From an uncultured bacterium (GTDB taxonomy: Bacteria > SAR324 > NAC60-12): a DNA stretch of 64,000 nt. Positions 58,293-64,000 of the stretch are shown in pieces. The position numbers were made by a program, and so were the translations under genes. The notes beneath the pieces are model-generated. The model searched no databases. It worked only from the letters and a program-made list of their open reading frames with translations, and had not been told where the DNA came from. The DNA lies in NCBI GenBank assembly GCA_964010765.1, contig CAXGMD010000005.1:1-64000 (forward strand), read 5' to 3'. Each line of letters starts with the position of its first letter. Within the stretch, counting starts at the first letter, position 1.

Positions 58293-58817
58293 TCAACGAG
58301 TTTGCCAACGTAATCCCAGTTCCGTACTGTAGCCAACCGATCGAGCAGCGACTTTTCCTGTGGGATCAACAACGTAATATGTTGGGAAGGCTCCAATGTG
58401 GTAATTTGCTGCCATCTCTTGATCGCCAAAAAGAACAGGATGTCTCAATTGATGCCGCTGTAAAAACACATCAACCTCTTCCAAGCTTTGATAGGAGAGA
58501 GCAACCAGCCAGATCAACAATTCTCCTTCTTCCTGCTTTGACTGCAAACCTTCCAAATTACCGATGCTGAAATGACAAACTGTACACCACGGAGCAAAGA
58601 AGTAGAGCAGAAGCGTCTTTCCTTTTGCATCAGATAAACTGTATGTTTGTCCGTCTCTGGCAAAAAGCCGAAATTGTGGGGCAAGTTCTTGCTCAGGCAC
58701 CAGTTCACGGGCCTGCCATGTAGTCACACCCCAAAAGATCAAGCCTGCCAATAGCAACGTTCGTAACCAACCGACCATTCGGCCAGCCCAGGTTACCCAG
58801 CCTTTTTTGAGTTTCAT
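58293..58817 (-). CDS. Membrane-anchored TlpA/redoxin-family thioredoxin
   Basis: N-terminal TM helix, FAPWCTVC, AFPT. Confidence 0.9.
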   Translation of the reverse strand: MKLKKGWVTWAGRMVGWLRTLLLAGLIFWGVTTWQARELVPEQELAPQFRLFARDGQTYSLSDAKGKTLLLYFFAPWCTVCHFSIGNLEGLQSKQEEGELLIWLVALSYQSLEEVDVFLQRHQLRHPVLFGDQEMAANYHIGAFPTYYVVDPTGKVAARSVGYSTELGLRWQTR

Positions 58818-58832
58818 CCCAACCCAAACCTT

Positions 58833-60659
58833 ATGCAGTTAGTCACCAACCCGAAAATTCGTAATTTAGCCATTATTGCACATGTTGACCATGGCAAAAC
58901 CACACTTGTCGATCAGATGTTTCGTCAAAGTGGATTGTTCCGTGAAAACCAAGAAATCAGTGACCGCCTGATGGACTCCATGGACCTGGAACGGGAACGT
59001 GGAATCACGATTTCTGCCAAGAATTGCTCCATTGAATGGAAAGGCACCAAAATCAACATTCTTGATACCCCAGGACACGCAGATTTTGGGGGAGAAGTTG
59101 AAAGAGCTCTGACCATGGTCGATGGTGCAATTTTACTTGTCGATGCTTCTGAAGGCCCTCTGCCTCAAACCCGCTTTGTCCTGAAAAAAGCTCTTGAAAA
59201 CCGACTACAAGTCCTGGTTGTCGTCAATAAAATTGATCGACAAGATGCCCGTCCAGATGAAGTTCTGAATGAAGTCTACGACTTATTCATCGATCTGGAA
59301 GCCGATGATGAACAAATTGACTTTCCAGTGTTTTATGCCATTGGACGCGAAGGCATTGCAAAAACCTCTTTGGACGCTGAGTCAAATACTCTTGAACCTC
59401 TATTAGATGGTGTCGTGGAGCATGTGCCTCCTCCACGTTTCAAGGAGGAAGCTCCTTTTCAGATGTTAGTTGCTGATCTCGGTTATTCCGAATTTTTGGG
59501 ACGCCTCGCTGTTGGTCGGGTGATGAACGGACAGGTACAACGCAACGAACCTCTGGTATGCCTGGGTGAGAAAGGAACCAAGGCTCTGCGTGCCACGAAG
59601 TTGCAGGTTTATCGTGGAACCACCATGACAGAAATCGGTGAAATTGAGGCAGGTGACATTCTGATTCTCGCTGGAGTGGAAGACGTTCATATTGGTGACA
59701 CGATTTGTCATGCGGAAAGCCCTCAGGCGCTCCCACGGCTGCGAATTGACGAGCCCACAGTCTCCATGAGATTTTTCACAAACACCTCACCACTTTCTGG
59801 GCGTGAAGGGAAGTTTGTTCAGTCCACAAAACTTCGAGAAAGATTACTTCGGGAAACTCTAAGGAATGTGTCCTTGCAAGTAGAAGACACTGATGATGCC
59901 GAATGTTTCCTGGTGAAAGGGCGTGGTGAACTGCAAATGTCGATTCTGATCGAAACCATGCGCCGGGAAGGGTTCGAGCTTTCCGTAGGCCGCCCAGAAG
60001 TCATCTGTCGACGTGAAGGGACTCAGCTACTGGAACCCATTGAAGAAGTCTACATTGATTGTGACGAAGATTTTCTGGGAATTGTTTCTGAAAAATTGTC
60101 ACTCCGCAAAGGGAGAATGGTCAATTTGGTAAATCATGGTACGGGCCGGATCCGAGCCCAGTTTCAGGTTCCCTCTCGAGGACTGATCGGATACCGCAGT
60201 GAGTTTCTAACGGATACCCGCGGTACCGGTATTCTCAACTCCATGCTACTCGGCTACGAGCCCCATCGTGGAGCATTACCAACTCGCTTGACCGGGTCTT
60301 TAGTTGCAGACCGAAGTGGAAAATCTGTAGCTTATGCACTGTTTAACCTGGAACCTAGGGGTCGACTTTTTCTGGGACCAGGTATTGAAGTTTATGAAGG
60401 GATGATCATTGGTGAACACAATCGAAATAGCGATTTGAATGTTAACCCCTGTAAAGAGAAAAAGCTGACCAATGTTCGGGCATCTGGGAAAGACGAGAAC
60501 ACTGTTCTGACTCCTGTGTTGCCACTAACGCTGGAACAAGCCATTGAGTTCATTGTTGATGACGAAGTGGTGGAAGTGACCCCGAAAAGTATTCGTCCTC
60601 GCAAGGCCATTCTCAACAATTCTGCTCGTCAAATTGCTGCTAAACGTAGCACCCCCTGA
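58833..60659 (+). CDS. typA: Translational GTPase TypA/BipA
   Basis: IAHVDHGKTT, DTPGHADF, NKID, GRGEL, KKLTN.RASG.D. Confidence 0.98.
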   Translation: MQLVTNPKIRNLAIIAHVDHGKTTLVDQMFRQSGLFRENQEISDRLMDSMDLERERGITISAKNCSIEWKGTKINILDTPGHADFGGEVERALTMVDGAILLVDASEGPLPQTRFVLKKALENRLQVLVVVNKIDRQDARPDEVLNEVYDLFIDLEADDEQIDFPVFYAIGREGIAKTSLDAESNTLEPLLDGVVEHVPPPRFKEEAPFQMLVADLGYSEFLGRLAVGRVMNGQVQRNEPLVCLGEKGTKALRATKLQVYRGTTMTEIGEIEAGDILILAGVEDVHIGDTICHAESPQALPRLRIDEPTVSMRFFTNTSPLSGREGKFVQSTKLRERLLRETLRNVSLQVEDTDDAECFLVKGRGELQMSILIETMRREGFELSVGRPEVICRREGTQLLEPIEEVYIDCDEDFLGIVSEKLSLRKGRMVNLVNHGTGRIRAQFQVPSRGLIGYRSEFLTDTRGTGILNSMLLGYEPHRGALPTRLTGSLVADRSGKSVAYALFNLEPRGRLFLGPGIEVYEGMIIGEHNRNSDLNVNPCKEKKLTNVRASGKDENTVLTPVLPLTLEQAIEFIVDDEVVEVTPKSIRPRKAILNNSARQIAAKRSTP

Positions 60660-60699
60660 CGAATTTGTTCGACTTTCTTTTCTAATCTCTTACATTGCC

Positions 60700-60728
60700 A
60701 CCGATGAGCGTTTGCTCATCGGTTCTCT
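60700..60728 (+). terminator. Probable typA terminator
   Basis: ACCGATGAGC-GTTT-GCTCATCGGT perfect stem, followed by a weak pyrimidine tail. Confidence 0.6.
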
Positions 60729-60856
60729 GGCATCTGTGAATGGTGCATCAATTTCTTTGCTCGCACAATTGACATTCATCAGAGGATGACTTTTGGCAAC
60801 CAAAGACTGGAATCAGTCAACACTGGCGTTGCTCTCACTCAATCCCATGGCATTCC

Positions 60857-62263
60857 ATGAGAACCACGCTGGTATGGCTTCGCAACGATCTTCGACTTCA
60901 TGATCATCTGCCCTTAAAGTGTGCTCTGGAGAAGTCCGACCAACTTCTATTGGTCTACTGCCTGCCGGATTCCTGGTTCGAATCTACCGAGTATGGGTTC
61001 CCAAAGATTAATAACATCCGCTTAGAGTTTCTACTGCAAAGTCTGGTAGACCTAAGGAAGCATGCTCAGGAAAGAGGCGGAGAATTGATCTTTCGAAGGG
61101 GCAATTCACCTGAAATTATTGCCGAATTGGCAGAGCGTCACCGAGTTGATACCGTCTTTGCTCACCGTGAACACGCTCCTGACGAAAAACGTGAAGAAGA
61201 CAACCTCCGTGAGAGACTAAAAGTCCCCTTACGACTCTGTGACGGGAATAGCTTGCTAAAAGAAACGGAACTTCCTTTTTCTTTGGTTGATCTCCCAAAA
61301 GTTTTTAGTAATTTCCGCAAACAGGTAGAAAAAGAAGTCCAAATCAGTCGTCCCCTTTCTGTCCCGAAAATTCTTCCTCCCCATCCTAATGGCTGTCCAC
61401 CGGGCATCATTCCTTCTTTGGAAGACCTGGGTTTTGAGCCTTTCATTCGGGATATCCGCAGTGTCTATCGCTTTGCCGGTGGGGAGACCGCAGCATTGTC
61501 CCGTGTTCAACACTACTTATGGAAATCGCATGCAATCAAGACCTACAAAGAGACACGCAATGGGATGCTAAAAGCGGACGACTCCGCAAAACTTTCACCC
61601 TGGCTGGCTCTAGGTTGCCTATCTCCAAAGCATGTTTATCAAGAGGTTCGACGATACGAGAATGATGTGGTTGCCAATGATTCTACGTACTGGCTGATAT
61701 TTGAGCTCTGGTGGCGAGAATACTTTCGCTGGATCACACGGCTGCATGGTGAGAATTTATTCCGTTCCGGTGGTATACGCAACCAATCGCCAAAAGTAGA
61801 ACATTGGGAAAAGTGGCTCGAAGCTTGGTGTCAGGGTGAAACAGGAGTTCCTTTTGTGGATGCGCACATGAGGAAGCTCAACGCAACAGGCTACATGTCG
61901 AATCGAGGCAGACAAAACGTAGCTAGTTTTCTAGTTCGAGATTTACGGCAGGATTGGCGCTTGGGTGCTGCCTACTTCGAAAGTCGCTTGATTGACTATG
62001 ATGTTCACAGCAACTGGGGTAACTGGAACTATGTCGCTGGGGTTGGTAACGATCCAAGAGAAGATCGTTACTTCAATTTGGTCACCCAAACCCTGCGGTA
62101 TGACCCAAATGGAGAATTCATTATTCGCTGGGTCCCTGAATTGCGTGACGTACCACCAAAAGAAATTCCACACATCGTGCAGTTTACCCGTCAGCAAAGA
62201 GAGAAGTATCGGTTGGGAGCCTACCCAGAGCCCATAGTATTTTCCTCAGCCTGGCGTCGTTAA
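60857..62263 (+). CDS. DASH-family cryptochrome
   Basis: W.RNDLRLHD, GGE, YKETRNG, SPWLALGCLSP, NDSTYWL.FEL.WR, MSNRGRQNVASFL, GVGNDPREDR.FN. Confidence 0.92.
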   Translation: MRTTLVWLRNDLRLHDHLPLKCALEKSDQLLLVYCLPDSWFESTEYGFPKINNIRLEFLLQSLVDLRKHAQERGGELIFRRGNSPEIIAELAERHRVDTVFAHREHAPDEKREEDNLRERLKVPLRLCDGNSLLKETELPFSLVDLPKVFSNFRKQVEKEVQISRPLSVPKILPPHPNGCPPGIIPSLEDLGFEPFIRDIRSVYRFAGGETAALSRVQHYLWKSHAIKTYKETRNGMLKADDSAKLSPWLALGCLSPKHVYQEVRRYENDVVANDSTYWLIFELWWREYFRWITRLHGENLFRSGGIRNQSPKVEHWEKWLEAWCQGETGVPFVDAHMRKLNATGYMSNRGRQNVASFLVRDLRQDWRLGAAYFESRLIDYDVHSNWGNWNYVAGVGNDPREDRYFNLVTQTLRYDPNGEFIIRWVPELRDVPPKEIPHIVQFTRQQREKYRLGAYPEPIVFSSAWRR

Positions 62264-62369
62264 ATTGATGGTGTAGATTTCTTCGGGCTTGTTGTAAGCA
62301 AGGTAGATATGAAAAAATAATTGAAATTGATAACAGCCAACTTTCATACCGTATTTTAGTTAGTTCACG

Positions 62370-63749
62370 ATGTCGCTGCAGCTTCAACCACAACCCACAC
62401 CGCTTGATTGGCCAAGTGCTCTAGAACACTTGCGCGAGGTGCTGCCGCGTTGGCAGCATCGCAACCAAAGTCCTATTCTTCAACTCTGTATTCCGGTTGC
62501 AGAACCAGATCCACTTGAGTGGCTTCAACATCAAGAAGGAGCTACTCGTGTTTATTGGTCAGACAGAGAACACCAATTCCAATTGGCGGGATTGGGTTCT
62601 GCCCTTCAGATAAAGGGCATTACCAAGGAGGTGATGCAGAAAGTATCTGGATGGCAGAAGCTCGTTCCTCCCAACACTGCCTTTCTTGGTGGCATACCCT
62701 TCCACAACTCCATCAAGGATACTGAGCAGTGTGGCAGCTTTCAACGAGCTGCCTTTGTGTTACCATTTCTGATGGTTCAACAAGACTCAAATGGAAGTTT
62801 TCTCTGGGTACATCTTGCTCAAAACATTGAAGGAGCCTCGACAACTCAGGAGCTTTTTGACTTATTGGACCGTTTAAAGTTTCCCTCCAGCCCAAGACTA
62901 TTTAATAGCCAGAGAATTAGTATTGTTGAGAGGAATGACGCTCCCAATTTAGTTGATTGGAGTCGTTCGATCGAAGCAGCCCTAAGCCAAATTCGAGCTA
63001 GTCACTGCGAAAAAATTGTCTTGGCTCGACAATCCCATTTCCAATTGAACAAAAGCCCTGATCCCTTCGATCTACTGAATCAACTCCGCCAACAAGCACC
63101 CCATGCCTACCACTTTGGCTGGCAGGATTCGCAAGGTCCGGCATTTTTGAGCATCACCCCTGAAAGATTATTCAAAAGAAAGCGCCAAAACCTAGAAAGT
63201 GAGGCCCTGGCAGGCACTAGACCAAGAGGACAGAACGCATATCATGATGAGCAGTTGACCCACGAGTTGTTCCACGACACGAAAGAAGTTCGGGAACATC
63301 TTGTTGTTTTGCGCTTCATGGAAGAACGCTTCTCAAAACATTGTCGAGTAGTGGAAAGGCTCTCTCATCTTGAACCCCTCAGACTGAAGCATGTTCAACA
63401 TTTGCAAAGTCGTCTGCAAGGACGACTGTTGGATGCAGTGACAGACGCTCAGCTTCTTTCCTCGCTTCATCCTACACCTGCTGTATGTGGATTGCCTCAA
63501 GCAGTATCCAGAACTCAAATCAACAACCTGGAATCATTTGACCGTGGCTGGTACGCAGGCCCTGTTGGTTATGTCAGCAAACAACAGAGCGAGTTTGCAG
63601 TGGGTATTCGTTCCGGAGTATTGGAGGGAGACTCCCTGACAGTGTATACAGGTGCAGGCATTGTTGAAGGTTCTGATCCAGACCGTGAATGGCAAGAGTT
63701 AGATCACAAACTCCGTAGCTGGGAAGCCCTGCTCGGAAATCATTCATGA
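62370..63749 (+). CDS. menF: Isochorismate synthase
   Basis: KIVLAR, TPERL, EALAGT, K...[28 protein letters not shown]; directly upstream of menD. Confidence 0.9.
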   Translation: MSLQLQPQPTPLDWPSALEHLREVLPRWQHRNQSPILQLCIPVAEPDPLEWLQHQEGATRVYWSDREHQFQLAGLGSALQIKGITKEVMQKVSGWQKLVPPNTAFLGGIPFHNSIKDTEQCGSFQRAAFVLPFLMVQQDSNGSFLWVHLAQNIEGASTTQELFDLLDRLKFPSSPRLFNSQRISIVERNDAPNLVDWSRSIEAALSQIRASHCEKIVLARQSHFQLNKSPDPFDLLNQLRQQAPHAYHFGWQDSQGPAFLSITPERLFKRKRQNLESEALAGTRPRGQNAYHDEQLTHELFHDTKEVREHLVVLRFMEERFSKHCRVVERLSHLEPLRLKHVQHLQSRLQGRLLDAVTDAQLLSSLHPTPAVCGLPQAVSRTQINNLESFDRGWYAGPVGYVSKQQSEFAVGIRSGVLEGDSLTVYTGAGIVEGSDPDREWQELDHKLRSWEALLGNHS

Positions 63750-64000
63750 CCCCCAATGAGTGCTTGAGCTATTGGTTGATTGAAGAGTTGGTGGCTCAAG
63801 GCATCACACAATTCTGTATCTCACCCGGTTCTCGTTCCACCCCTTTGACAGTTGCTGCTGCTCGACATCCTCAAGCAAACACACGAATTTTTCTGGATGA
63901 GCGGGCTGCTGCCTATTTTGCAATAGGCTGGGCTCGTGCTACAGATCAAGCAGCAGCCCTGATTTGTACCTCAGGGACAGCTGGAGCCAATTACTACCCA
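63746..64000 (+). CDS. menD: SEPHCHC synthase, truncated by the window edge
   Basis: Manual translation from an ATGA overlap: ...[10 protein letters not shown]...[11 protein letters not shown]...[12 protein letters not shown]. Confidence 0.95.
   Translation, partial: MTPNECLSYWLIEELVAQGITQFCISPGSRSTPLTVAAARHPQANTRIFLDERAAAYFAIGWARATDQAAALICTSGTAGANYYP

Noticed and set aside
1..64000. tRNA, rRNA, CRISPR, IS, integrase or prophage elements
   Set aside because: None seen by eye in intergenic regions or ORF motifs; tRNAscan, Infernal and CRISPR finders were not run.

Overview
A gene-dense, housekeeping-rich bacterial chromosome segment of moderately low GC. Gene content and order (ptsH next to metK, gatC-fabZ-skp, rbgA, a glycerol-type ABC transporter, a DASH cryptochrome, menF-menD) fit a marine Gram-negative bacterium. 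My impression is the SAR324/deltaproteobacteria-like clade, which is inference and not verified. About 60 CDS. I found no rRNA, tRNA, CRISPR array, prophage, IS or known defence system. Main points for a second look: (1) a ~42-bp promoter/operator motif duplicated with identical spacing upstream of glpD and of the glycerol-type ABC operon, next to a SorC-family regulator and uncharacterised SDR, Fe(II)/2OG-oxygenase and HAD genes; (2) a structured plus-strand element with its own putative promoter at ~23.7 kb (candidate sRNA); (3) three tiny ORFs at 47.7-48.3 kb, one resembling a free-standing FliF C-terminal FliG-binding motif; (4) a long Str2/Met-7-like cystathionine gamma-synthase; (5) two divergent genes whose start codons overlap in one CATG; (6) two apparent single-base frameshifts (LivJ-like and PilX-like); (7) an HtrA-like protein lacking all three catalytic residues and an HPr with Thr at position 46. 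All family calls come from motif recognition by eye, and no database search was run.
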